64,000 bases of DNA from Candidatus Saccharimonadia bacterium. GTDB lineage: Bacteria; Patescibacteriota; Saccharimonadia; Saccharimonadales; JALRHH01. This document shows, one piece after another, positions 47,210-55,735 of the stretch. The notes below the pieces were generated by a model. It did not search any database, was not told the origin of the DNA, and saw only the letters and a program-made list of their open reading frames with translations. Each line of letters begins with the position of its first letter. The stretch's first letter is position 1. The stretch lies in contig JALRHH010000001.1 of the NCBI GenBank assembly GCA_023253175.1, positions 172,020 to 236,019 of the forward strand, read 5' to 3'. Made by a program: the position numbers and the translations under genes.

Positions 47210-48073
47210 GTGATGAAGGGGCTTTTATTACATCCGCGAACGCGGCAGCAATTTGATCAGTTCACGAAAACTGGCAATCATGCGCTACTCATAACGGGCC
47301 AACCTGGCGCAGGCAAGGAAACGACAGCGCTGCTATTTGCACAGGAGTTACTGGGCGGTAAGTCGTTGGATCTGCAGCCGTATTTTAAGCATGTAATTCC
47401 CGAGAGTAATTCAGTCAGTATCGAGCAAATCAGGCAGCTACATAGCTTTGTGCAGCTTAAAACAACGGGCCAAGAGACTATCCGGCGGGTTGTCGTAATA
47501 TCGCAGGCAGATACAATGGCAGATGAGGCTCAGAATGCACTCCTAAAGCTACTGGAGGAGCCACCCGTTGATACGGTACTTATCCTGACTGCAATTGATG
47601 CAGGTAAGATGAGGCAAACGATACTATCGCGCGTACAAACCGTGTCAATCGATAGAATTGCGGCTTCTGACGCTACGGAGTACTTCATTGCCAAGCATGA
47701 TGCCAAAGACATAGCTTGGGCGCACGCCCTCAGTGATGGGCAAGTAGGGCTCATGACGGCACTACTGTCTGGTAAGAGTGAACACGCGGTGGCCCAGCAG
47801 ATAGAAATTGCCAAACAGATATTAGCTGCGTCTGTCTTTGATAGGCTGTGTAGGGTTGACGAAATAGGCAAATCAAAAGATTTGTTGCCCGATTTTATGT
47901 ATGCCTGCAAACGAATTTGTATCAGCGCACTTGAATCCGCCGCCAAAAAAGGGGCTTCCCAACAAGTTACGGCATGGCACAAGCGCTTATCTGTAGTGGT
48001 GGACGCGGAGGACGGTCTTCGTACCAATGTGAGCCCAAAGTTACTACTAACCGACCTCTTCGTGCGTCTATAA
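47210..48073 (+). CDS. holB: DNA polymerase III subunit delta'
   Basis: GQPGAGKETTA (P-loop), NALLKLLEEPP, SRVQ. Confidence 0.8.
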   Translation: MMKGLLLHPRTRQQFDQFTKTGNHALLITGQPGAGKETTALLFAQELLGGKSLDLQPYFKHVIPESNSVSIEQIRQLHSFVQLKTTGQETIRRVVVISQADTMADEAQNALLKLLEEPPVDTVLILTAIDAGKMRQTILSRVQTVSIDRIAASDATEYFIAKHDAKDIAWAHALSDGQVGLMTALLSGKSEHAVAQQIEIAKQILAASVFDRLCRVDEIGKSKDLLPDFMYACKRICISALESAAKKGASQQVTAWHKRLSVVVDAEDGLRTNVSPKLLLTDLFVRL

Positions 48074-48099
48074 GGTACTTATGGTACAATTAGTCTAAT

Positions 48100-48756
48100 A
48101 TGTATGAACTTGCCTTAGTGGTGGGATTTGGGTTCTTAGCTTATCGTGCAACGAATATGAAGCACGATGAGCTTGATGATATACCTCGAAAAGTCGGCGA
48201 TAAGATCGGTAAACTTTGGGATATAGCACACCAGGGTATGCGTGAGAATCGTTTCCTCCGTGCCGAAAAAGCGCTACTAACGATCCTTAAGATTGACCAG
48301 AAGAATGCTGCAGCATACAACCGTCTGGGTATTTTGTACGCCAAACAGAAGGAATACAAAGACGCGATTGATTGTTTCGAGATTGCATCGAGTATTGAAC
48401 CTACTGCATCCAGTCTCCACAACCTGGGCCTCATTTACTACGAGACAGAGAATTACCAGAAAGCCGCAACGGCATTTGAGCAAGCATTGAAGCTCGAGGA
48501 AGAATTGGCTGCCCGTCACATTGCCTACGCAAAGGTCCAAGAGAAGCTTGGCAATACCAAGTTGATGCTCCAGGGCCTAGAGCGGGCTGTTGAGCTTGAG
48601 CCTAACAAGGAAAGTTATGCACTCCTTAAGATGGCATACGATCAGGCTGGTCATGAAGAAAAGGCGCTTGAGATTGAGCAAAAGGTAGAAAAGCTCGTTA
48701 TTCCAGCAGGTAAGCCAAAACGTATTCAGCGACCCAAACGCCGCGTCGTTATCTAA
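48100..48756 (+). CDS. TPR-repeat protein with an N-terminal membrane anchor
   Basis: AAAYNRLGILYAKQKEYKDAIDCFE.A / LHNLGLIYYETENYQKAA.AFEQALKL TPR units. TGgTACAAT lies 9 nt before the ATG. Confidence 0.7.
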   Translation: MYELALVVGFGFLAYRATNMKHDELDDIPRKVGDKIGKLWDIAHQGMRENRFLRAEKALLTILKIDQKNAAAYNRLGILYAKQKEYKDAIDCFEIASSIEPTASSLHNLGLIYYETENYQKAATAFEQALKLEEELAARHIAYAKVQEKLGNTKLMLQGLERAVELEPNKESYALLKMAYDQAGHEEKALEIEQKVEKLVIPAGKPKRIQRPKRRVVI

Positions 48757-48807
48757 ACATTAGCAAAATATTACTTATACAAATGAATAGTTTGTTATAG
48801 TAGCTGT

Positions 48808-49551
48808 ATGACTACAGCAGCTTTAGAGCCATATCAGCTTATCGATCGTGATATTTTCTTGGATACAACATCTGATCAGTACGTTATGCGCGTGCGTGAT
48901 ATGGACATCACGCAAAAGCCACGTGAGAAGATGCAAAGCTTTGGTCCGGAAACACTCAGTCAGTCTGAACTGCTTGCAGTGCTACTGGGCGTCGGCACGA
49001 AGCGAGAAGAGGTAATGGCTATGTCCGATCGCATTCTCAAAGAGTATGGAGAGCGAGCGCTACTGCACGAAAAGAACCCAAATCGCCTGAGCGAGACGCT
49101 ACAAATTCCGTTTGGTAAAGCCTGTCAGATTATTGCAGCACTGGAGCTAGGGCGTCGTTTCTACGAGAAGCGAAGTGGCAAGCCAAGAGTCGTACGTACG
49201 CCCGAACAAGCCTTTGAGTACTTCAAGAACATGGCAGACCTTCAGAAAGAGCAGTTACGAGGTCTATATCTCAATAGCCGATTCCAGGTTATTCGTGAAG
49301 AAGTGATTTCTACCGGTAGTCTTACTGCAAGTATCATTCATCCAAGAGAAGTATTCCAGCCAGCAATTGAGCACGGTGCGGCGGCGATTATTATCGCACA
49401 CAACCATCCTTCGGGAAGCGTTCGCCCAACCTCATCAGATAACCTTGTGACGCAGCAGCTTATAAACGCGAGTGAAATACTTGGCATAGATTTGCTTGAC
49501 CATATTATAATTTCAGGTAATCACTACAAAAGCATTATTGGGGGAGAATAA
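48808..49551 (+). CDS. radC: RadC-family (UPF0758) JAB/MPN-domain protein
   Basis: N-terminal HhH-like LS..ELLA.LLG.G; HNHPSG JAMM motif. TGtTATAGT lies 6 nt before the ATG. Confidence 0.88.
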   Translation: MTTAALEPYQLIDRDIFLDTTSDQYVMRVRDMDITQKPREKMQSFGPETLSQSELLAVLLGVGTKREEVMAMSDRILKEYGERALLHEKNPNRLSETLQIPFGKACQIIAALELGRRFYEKRSGKPRVVRTPEQAFEYFKNMADLQKEQLRGLYLNSRFQVIREEVISTGSLTASIIHPREVFQPAIEHGAAAIIIAHNHPSGSVRPTSSDNLVTQQLINASEILGIDLLDHIIISGNHYKSIIGGE

Positions 49552-49553
49552 AT

Positions 49554-49820
49554 ATGTCGACATACACAATGCATTATTTGACTGGACTGTTCGGTCATAC
49601 GGCAACAGTTCCAAAGGTTGTACAAGATGGAATAGATGGTGAAAATATTGAGTTTCAGGCACGGGTTCAATCTGGTGATTACTTTGTAACGCTGGCAACA
49701 GAGATAGATAAGGTGGTCAACCTCCTGAGGCAAGCAGACATGCTTGAGGCCGAAGTACTTGAAACACACGTGAACGAGCTACTCTACATAGATAAACACT
49801 ACAAGATTATTAAGAAATAG
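49554..49820 (+). CDS. Hypothetical protein (88 aa)
   Basis: ATG lies 2 nt after the radC stop. No recognisable domain. Confidence 0.4.
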   Translation: MSTYTMHYLTGLFGHTATVPKVVQDGIDGENIEFQARVQSGDYFVTLATEIDKVVNLLRQADMLEAEVLETHVNELLYIDKHYKIIKK

Positions 49821-49837
49821 CCACTTCTCGAATATTA

Positions 49838-49860
49838 TTGGTGCAGGGAGAGGGATTCGA
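49838..49860 (-). repeat. 23-nt perfect copy of the 3' end of tRNA-Tyr (T-loop through CCA plus 1 nt)
   Basis: TTGGTGCAGGGAGAGGGATTCGA is identical to 50023-50045. No matching 5' acceptor strand upstream, so this is not a tRNA. Confidence 0.9.
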
Positions 49861-50023
49861 GTCGCATCCTGCGACCCTGTAACTACATCTATGAAAACAA
49901 GTTTTCATGAGTAGACTGCCTTGAAAAGTGCCACTGGCACTTTTCACCCCAAAGGCTTCCATCGCGTGTTCAATTCTTATTCCGTACCAAACAAAAAGCC
50001 CACCTGATGGTGGGGCTTTTGTT

Positions 50024-50108
50024 TGGTGCAGGGAGAGGGATTCGAACCCCCGAAGGCGTAGCCATCTGATTTACAGTCAGACCTCGTTGACCGCTTGAGT
50101 ATCCCTGC
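50024..50108 (-). tRNA. tRNA-Tyr (anticodon GTA), type II with long variable arm, CCA encoded
   Basis: Hand-folded. Acceptor GCAGGGA/TCCCTGC, anticodon stem TCTGA/TCAGA with loop CTGTAAA, variable arm with GGC/GCC stem, T-arm GGGGG-TTCGAAT-CCCTC, ACCA end. 85 nt. Confidence 0.9.
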
Positions 50109-50200
50109 GCATCAGCTACCACTCCTAGTAGCTGTAGAAACACCTCCCTGGACTACATCCCGGGATGATTGTTTTAGCATTCTCGCTGTACGCTAAAACA

Positions 50201-50221
50201 TTTGGAGCCACCTGTCGGGTT
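50201..50221 (-). repeat. 21-nt perfect copy of the 3' end of tRNA-Thr(TGT)
   Basis: TTTGGAGCCACCTGTCGGGTT is identical to 50325-50345. On the minus strand this reads AACCCGACAGGTGGCTCCAAA. Confidence 0.9.
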
Positions 50222-50326
50222 ACTCTGTATAAACTACATTCATGCTCGGAATAAATTCCTGTGCGTGACTTTGTTTATCGAACCGCAGCTTGCGCTGTGT
50301 TCGGTTCTCACCCGCCATTTGGCTTT

Positions 50327-50403
50327 TGGAGCCACCTGTCGGGTTCGAACCGACGACCCTCGGTTTACAAAACCGATGCTCTGACCAGCTGAGCTAAGGT
50401 GGC
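50327..50403 (-). tRNA. tRNA-Thr (anticodon TGT), CCA encoded
   Basis: Hand-folded. Acceptor GCCACCT/AGGTGGC, D-arm GCTC..GAGC, anticodon stem TCGGT/ACCGA with loop TTTGTAA, T-arm GTCGG-TTCGAAC-CCGAC. 77 nt. Confidence 0.9.
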
Positions 50404-50472
50404 ACGTTATATAACTACTAAAGTACCGACAAAGTGTACCAAAAACAATGCACTCATTCAACACTTATAGTA

Positions 50473-50748
50473 TTAATTCGTACGCTCCAAAATAGTAACT
50501 TCTACAAGATCACCGTCATCTTTATTGATTGCATTACGAACCTCGGCTTTTACTGGGAGCATATGTGTGCCATCACCCAACGCCATAAAGGAGCTTTCTA
50601 TAGGATACCCATTAATAGTGCCCTTTATTTTGACGAGCCCACGTGTACCAAAAAAATCCGCCGAACCGGGCATAGACACGGTTGTCCATGCGCCTTTCGC
50701 GGTACCTTTGGTTAACTTTGCTTTAAAAGTGACTGGGAGTTGGCTCAT
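50473..50748 (-). CDS. DUF1905-family small protein (91 aa)
   Basis: F.A.L.......W..V.MP......FG.RG.V.V.GTING......S.M..GDG.H.LPV....R........GD.V.V pattern typical of DUF1905. Confidence 0.6.
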   Translation of the reverse strand: MSQLPVTFKAKLTKGTAKGAWTTVSMPGSADFFGTRGLVKIKGTINGYPIESSFMALGDGTHMLPVKAEVRNAINKDDGDLVEVTILERTN

Positions 50749-50808
50749 AGTAACCTCGCTTTCGGATTGTACTCTTATGGTAACATGCTTGGCATTATCT
50801 CTGTTATT

Positions 50809-50817
50809 TGGTACAAT
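50809..50817 (+). promoter_or_regulatory. Extended -10 element upstream of tRNA-Thr(GGT)
   Basis: TGgTACAAT, 24 nt before the tRNA 5' end. Confidence 0.4.
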
Positions 50818-50841
50818 CTACCGGTACTTTTGTCATAAAGT

Positions 50842-50916
<75 letters not shown>

Positions 50917-50977
50917 GTTGAAATTATTAGCGTAATCTGTTAAGATTATTTGGATATCATCATAAAAGGTAGGAATA

Positions 50978-51184
50978 ATGGCTAAAAAAGGCGACAAGCG
51001 AAAGCTAGTAGGATTGGTTTCTGAAGAAAGTGGTGCACGTCACTACTACACCAAAAAGAACACCATGAATACTCCAGAGAAGCTAGAACTTCGTAAATAC
51101 GACCCAATTCTTCGCAAGCACGTACTATACGTTGAGACAAAGAAGAGCCTCGGACGAAACGAAGTTAAGGCACGCAAGAAATAG
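50978..51184 (+). CDS. rpmG: 50S ribosomal protein L33, Cys-less (C-) form
   Basis: MAKKGDKRKLVGLVSEESGARHYYTKKNTMNTPEKLELRKYDPILRKHVLY.ETK. This is the L33 pattern with all four Zn-ribbon Cys replaced. Confidence 0.85.
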   Translation: MAKKGDKRKLVGLVSEESGARHYYTKKNTMNTPEKLELRKYDPILRKHVLYVETKKSLGRNEVKARKK

Positions 51185-51202
51185 CACTTTTGGTGCAAGA
51201 AG

Positions 51203-51229
51203 AATCCCGGGATATCCGGGATTTTTTTA
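51203..51229. terminator. Bidirectional intrinsic terminator between rpmG and the GH15 gene
   Basis: AATCCCGG (51203-10) / CCGGGATT (51216-23), T-run after it and A-rich tract before it. Confidence 0.7.
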
Positions 51230-51252
51230 TTTGATGTAGCAAGAACTGAGTG

Positions 51253-53187
51253 CTAGCCCAGCTTCATAACATCCAGGATTGTATTGGCAAGTTCTGCATG
51301 ACTCCATACAAGTGGGGTAACCGATAGTGGCGCCCCAGTTTCAGGGTGAACCTGCTCTGGGAGTACTCCGCTGGGCAGACTCTTCTGAATTGACCAGTTG
51401 ATCAGTTCACGGCCTTTGTCTTGTTGGCCAGTACGGATATAGTACTGCGCAAGCCATAGTCCAGTAATAATCCATGGATTTCCCTGATACGCTGGTTCTG
51501 ATTTAAAGTAATTATCATGTTCGTATCGGGGCGATCCGCCAATCGGGCTCGAGCCAAGTAGATTCTGTTCGATTAGCCGTACGGTCTGGTCAAGCCACCC
51601 GTTGCTTGTGGAGTAACCAAACATCATAACCCCGTAAAATGAAGATAAATCCAGAGTGTTATCGTACTGCAGCGACTTGTCCTCTTGTAATAGGAAGCCT
51701 TTACGGTATGCTTGCCGTTCAGGATCAAAGAATGCACCGGCGCTTGCTAGTAGGCTCTCTGCCGCCCTTTGCCACTTATCGGCATCATCTGGGTGCTCGA
51801 ACTGCTTTGCAAGGTCGCTGGCAACTAATAATGCTTGATAGGTAAGGGCGGTAGTGTAGGTGTTAGTTAGAAACTTTTCCTCCCAAAGATCATAGCTTGC
51901 ATGCGGGAGGCCAGTTGCGTCATCAACAAAATGACTCATAAAATTAGCTGCAGGCTGCACGAATGTTAAATATAGACTTTTAACAAAATCTGAGTCCTTG
52001 CTGTATTCCATATACTCACCCAGCATATACACAACCGACGCTGTCTCATCTTCTTGGATCGGGAGTTCTTTGCGGTTTCCGTGGAGCCACGGGTGCCAGG
52101 TACTGCCGATAGCACGGTCAGGCTGATATTTATGCATGAGGTAGCCGTCTGGGGTTATGATATCGCGGCAAAATTCAAAGAAACGCTTTGGCTCCTCAGT
52201 ATACCCAAGCCTAATAAGCGGCCAGAGCGCAAACGCGCCATCTCTCGGCCAGACGTAGCTGTAATAGTCACGTCCGTAGTTGTATATAGAAGAGTCCCCG
52301 GAGGCTATGATACCTCCCCGGCGGTCGGCATGCGCCTTGATTATCATTAATGATTTTTTCAGCGGCACAACATATTCTTTGTCAACAGCGTGAATACTGT
52401 TTCCTCCAATAGCCAGCCATTCTTGCCAATACTGTCTAACGGCCTGTAGTCGAGCTGGGATTCCTTCTTTGGCAATTTCATTATGGATTTTCTCTGCGGC
52501 GTACTGAGAGTCTGCTGCCGCAATCCAGTACTCGACTTGGCCCGATGAATCAGCCTCGAGCTGTAGCGTGAACCTAATAACGGAGTCAACGCCGCCATGT
52601 TCAACTGCGCTACCTGAAAGCTCACCGTCTTCAGCGTCTCTGAAAGTACCCTCTTTACCCTCGATACCGTAGCTACCGACTGCATATTGATCAAAAGGTG
52701 TGCCATCCATTTGCCGCCCATGTATCAGAAGGGAGCAGCGCCCTTTGTAATCCAGAATATAGTTATCGTCTGGCACAAATAGCGCGGTGTCTGCCCGGCC
52801 GGCCCTAGAAATCTCAAAGACTTGGTGCATGAAGATTCTAATTTCACGAGCTTCACCTCGGATATTCTTTACATCCACTAACCTACAAAATAGGTTTAAT
52901 TCATTGTCTACGAAATCCGTAAAAGTTAATTCAATAGCCAGTTTTTCTGAATACATTGAAATATGGCTAACCAATGCATCTGACTCGAAGTCTACGCTGA
53001 TGTTCCAACTATCGTCGTCTACCCAAGAAAACGTACCGTCTACCCAAACACCGACTTTGTGGTGAACGCTCCTGGCTGTCGTTAAGTTATCAAGTCCAAC
53101 ATACGGGTAATAAAAATCATGCACAAGACCGTGTTCATTAAGACCCACCATAAGCTTACCGTTACTAAGAACTACGGGGCGTGCCAT
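51253..53187 (-). CDS. Glycoside hydrolase family 15 (glucoamylase / glucodextranase-like)
   Basis: 644 aa. SIYNYGRDYYSYVWPRDGAF, (alpha/alpha)6 catalytic-domain blocks and LPEQV....G...S..PL.WSHA. Confidence 0.85.
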   Translation of the reverse strand: MARPVVLSNGKLMVGLNEHGLVHDFYYPYVGLDNLTTARSVHHKVGVWVDGTFSWVDDDSWNISVDFESDALVSHISMYSEKLAIELTFTDFVDNELNLFCRLVDVKNIRGEAREIRIFMHQVFEISRAGRADTALFVPDDNYILDYKGRCSLLIHGRQMDGTPFDQYAVGSYGIEGKEGTFRDAEDGELSGSAVEHGGVDSVIRFTLQLEADSSGQVEYWIAAADSQYAAEKIHNEIAKEGIPARLQAVRQYWQEWLAIGGNSIHAVDKEYVVPLKKSLMIIKAHADRRGGIIASGDSSIYNYGRDYYSYVWPRDGAFALWPLIRLGYTEEPKRFFEFCRDIITPDGYLMHKYQPDRAIGSTWHPWLHGNRKELPIQEDETASVVYMLGEYMEYSKDSDFVKSLYLTFVQPAANFMSHFVDDATGLPHASYDLWEEKFLTNTYTTALTYQALLVASDLAKQFEHPDDADKWQRAAESLLASAGAFFDPERQAYRKGFLLQEDKSLQYDNTLDLSSFYGVMMFGYSTSNGWLDQTVRLIEQNLLGSSPIGGSPRYEHDNYFKSEPAYQGNPWIITGLWLAQYYIRTGQQDKGRELINWSIQKSLPSGVLPEQVHPETGAPLSVTPLVWSHAELANTILDVMKLG

Positions 53188-54395
53188 TACAGATTCACTC
53201 CTCGCTCAAGTAGCCTGAGCCTTAAATCGTGCCAAGCGTTCATGAATGTTATATATGCTTGATAGGGTGTTTCATAAGGGCTGAAATACGCATGGATGTC
53301 GCCATCACTAAACCACTTGGTGCACATGTAGTAGAAGTGATCGGAAGTCGTGAGTTTACGCCAATCATCAATAATAGCTAGATCACCCAGTTTCATAACT
53401 GCAGTCTGTAAGCTATAGAGTGCATTAATGGCCTCCTGCTGCATTGGATTGCCGAGCCACGCTGATAGATCGCGTTCTGTGTCGGCCCAGGTGGTTGTAT
53501 AGGGCGTGTCGACAACGTCACTTGGCTCGAACGTATCAGCGGCCTCTGACACAGTCATAAAGGTATGACCTTCGCCGGCAAGCCATTTTTCGGGCAAATG
53601 CTGTAGGAAGTCAAAAATACCAGACTCGCTCCACTGGTGCTCACCGAATGTTTCGTAATCCATGAACAGGTTAAAATTAGTCGCATCATCGGTCTCGCTG
53701 AGCCAATGAGTAAACTTGTCAGCTGTGAGGGGCCATTCTGCCCATCCGCGATCCCCGAACCTAAATGCGATGTCGTCTGACAGCTTATAGTTTTTCATGA
53801 GGAGTTTAATGTTGTCTGTATATGATGGCTTATAAATATAGTTGGGGCTTCGCCAGCCCAGGATTGGATCCCAGCCTTCGGCAAGAACTGCCTTATAACC
53901 TACCCGGTCCGCCCAAACAGCGAGGTCATTGTTGTAACTCAGCTCTGTATTCCTAAAAGCAGTTGGGGTCTGTCCAAACAAACGCTCAACGAGCTCTCGG
54001 TGCATCGTAACCTGGGCGTCAAACTCTGCAAGGGAATAAAAGAAGGCGAGGCTGTGGTGGTAGGTTTCTCCTACAATTTCGACGCGTCCAGTTTGGGTTA
54101 ACTCCTGGAATGAGGCAAGCACCTCTGGCGCCCAAGCCTCGAGCTGCTCTAGGATTGTGCCGGTGATAGAAAGGCTTAGCTTAAATTCAGGGTGTGTGTT
54201 TAGTAGTTGAAGAAGCTTTTTATTGGTAGGGAGGTATGATTTTTCGGCTACTTTGCGAAGAATACGTTGGTTGTTCGTCCGTGAATCATAATCTGCGTCA
54301 AAGTAGTCATGTCGACTCCCCGCATCAAAAACCGAATATTCACCAACGCGGTATGGCTGGTGAACATGCAGATACAATACAATTGCTTTTGTCAT
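53187..54395 (-). CDS. Glycoside hydrolase family 57 protein (alpha-amylase / alpha-glucan-branching type)
   Basis: 402 aa. N-terminal LYLHVHQPYR, ...E.....YHH.... and ...MDYETFGEH... blocks typical of GH57. Confidence 0.8.
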   Translation of the reverse strand: MTKAIVLYLHVHQPYRVGEYSVFDAGSRHDYFDADYDSRTNNQRILRKVAEKSYLPTNKKLLQLLNTHPEFKLSLSITGTILEQLEAWAPEVLASFQELTQTGRVEIVGETYHHSLAFFYSLAEFDAQVTMHRELVERLFGQTPTAFRNTELSYNNDLAVWADRVGYKAVLAEGWDPILGWRSPNYIYKPSYTDNIKLLMKNYKLSDDIAFRFGDRGWAEWPLTADKFTHWLSETDDATNFNLFMDYETFGEHQWSESGIFDFLQHLPEKWLAGEGHTFMTVSEAADTFEPSDVVDTPYTTTWADTERDLSAWLGNPMQQEAINALYSLQTAVMKLGDLAIIDDWRKLTTSDHFYYMCTKWFSDGDIHAYFSPYETPYQAYITFMNAWHDLRLRLLERGVNL

Positions 54396-55603
54396 AGAGC
54401 AGCCGCCTTTTGTGTGTGTCTGCGGTAAACGTCAAGCATCTTGTCGGCGGTTTTGTCCCAGCTGAGTCTAGTGTATTCCTGGAGTGAGTTTCTGTGTAGC
54501 TCATCACGGAGTGCATTGCTACGAACCACGGCTACAATCTGGTTTGCCATTTCTCTTTCGTCCCAAAAATCAACTTTCAAACAATTCTTGAGTACCTCGC
54601 TGACGCCTGACTGCTTGCTAATAAGGGTAGGCGTGCCGTAGCCGATGGCTTCAAGAGGAGTTAGGCCAAATGGTTCTGATACCGATGGCATCACAAATAA
54701 ATCTGCAATCGCATAAGCATCACGGTATTTCTTGCCGCGCTGAAATTCGGTAAAGACAATATTCTTGGCTATCCCAAGTTCTGCGGATAATTCGAGCAGT
54801 TCATGATACTGATCGCCAGATCCTACGACCATTAGAAGCGTCTTTGGTTCCTGCTCCACTACTAATTTAAAGGAGCGGAGAAGGTGGGTAAGACCCTTTT
54901 GGATAGTAAGACGGCCAATGCTTGCGACAACTTTGTAGCCTTGCTGTTTCATCTTAGATAGGTACGTATATGCGTTATCACCTGAACTTTCCACCAGCAT
55001 GTCATCGCTAATACTATTGTGCACGACCTCAATCTTGTCGGCCGGAATATCATATTCACGAATAATGGCACGCTTGGTGTGCTCACTAACAGCAATGATT
55101 TTGTCGGCAATGAGCATTGCGAGTGATTCTATTTCACGCACCAGCGGATTACCGCCCCTATGCTTACCTGATCGGTCAGCTTCTACTGAATGGATATGAA
55201 GTATGAGCGGCTTTCCGGATAAGTGCTTGGCCCGTAGTGCGGCCCTACATGTGAGCCAGTCGTGGGCGTGTATAACGTCAAATTCTGCAAGTTGCACAAT
55301 TCGCTCAATGGATTTCTCGTAGATCAGGCTTTGTTCAAAGAGATCAGCGTAGGCAGTCTCCCCATTTGTCTTGATGTACTTGAAGCTATCGTATGCAATT
55401 CCAGCCTTCAATACTTCGCTGACGTCTTGGGGGTGGGCGGCATGTATTTTCATGAAGGAGGCATCATGTGAGGCTGTATATGGAAGGACGAACTGAATAT
55501 CCGCGCCCTGATTATTGAGGGCTTTGCAGAGCTGATAGCACGCCACGCCGAGTCCACCACTGTTATGAGGGGGTAGCTCCCACCCCAGCATTAATACCTT
55601 CAT
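54392..55603 (-). CDS. Glycosyltransferase (GT4/GT5-type glycogen/alpha-glucan synthase-like)
   Basis: 403 aa. MKVLMLGWELPPHNSGGLGVAC N-terminus and the C-terminal PS..EPFGLT.LEA GT-B motif. 4-nt overlap with the GH57 gene. Confidence 0.8.
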   Translation of the reverse strand: MKVLMLGWELPPHNSGGLGVACYQLCKALNNQGADIQFVLPYTASHDASFMKIHAAHPQDVSEVLKAGIAYDSFKYIKTNGETAYADLFEQSLIYEKSIERIVQLAEFDVIHAHDWLTCRAALRAKHLSGKPLILHIHSVEADRSGKHRGGNPLVREIESLAMLIADKIIAVSEHTKRAIIREYDIPADKIEVVHNSISDDMLVESSGDNAYTYLSKMKQQGYKVVASIGRLTIQKGLTHLLRSFKLVVEQEPKTLLMVVGSGDQYHELLELSAELGIAKNIVFTEFQRGKKYRDAYAIADLFVMPSVSEPFGLTPLEAIGYGTPTLISKQSGVSEVLKNCLKVDFWDEREMANQIVAVVRSNALRDELHRNSLQEYTRLSWDKTADKMLDVYRRHTQKAAAL

Positions 55604-55735
55604 AACCCTCTAACGAACATTTTAGTTAACTTAAGCATTATTATAGAGATGAAGTGTGTACGTAACAAGCACTTTTAATACTTGAAATTAACATAATTTA
55701 CAGATACTGACTTGTGCCAGAATCTACGTTACAAT

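Noticed and set aside
49838-50023. Possibility that the tRNA-like 3' end at 49838-49860 marks a tmRNA (ssrA) gene.
   Set aside because: Only about 185 nt are available before tRNA-Tyr begins. There is no 5' acceptor strand (GCAGGGA) to pair with the 3' end. No tag-peptide reading frame ending in the typical ...AA stop context was seen.
49838-50345. Plus-strand reading of the tRNA 3'-end copies as retroelement primer-binding sites complementary to tRNA-Tyr and tRNA-Thr.
   Set aside because: No reverse transcriptase, LTR-like repeats or other retroelement features are present. The copies are simply same-sense duplicates of the adjacent minus-strand tRNA genes.
50202-50464. ORFs 50202-50384 (plus strand) and 50240-50464 (minus strand).
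   Set aside because: They run through the tRNA-Thr gene and its spacer. They have no start signals and implausible composition.
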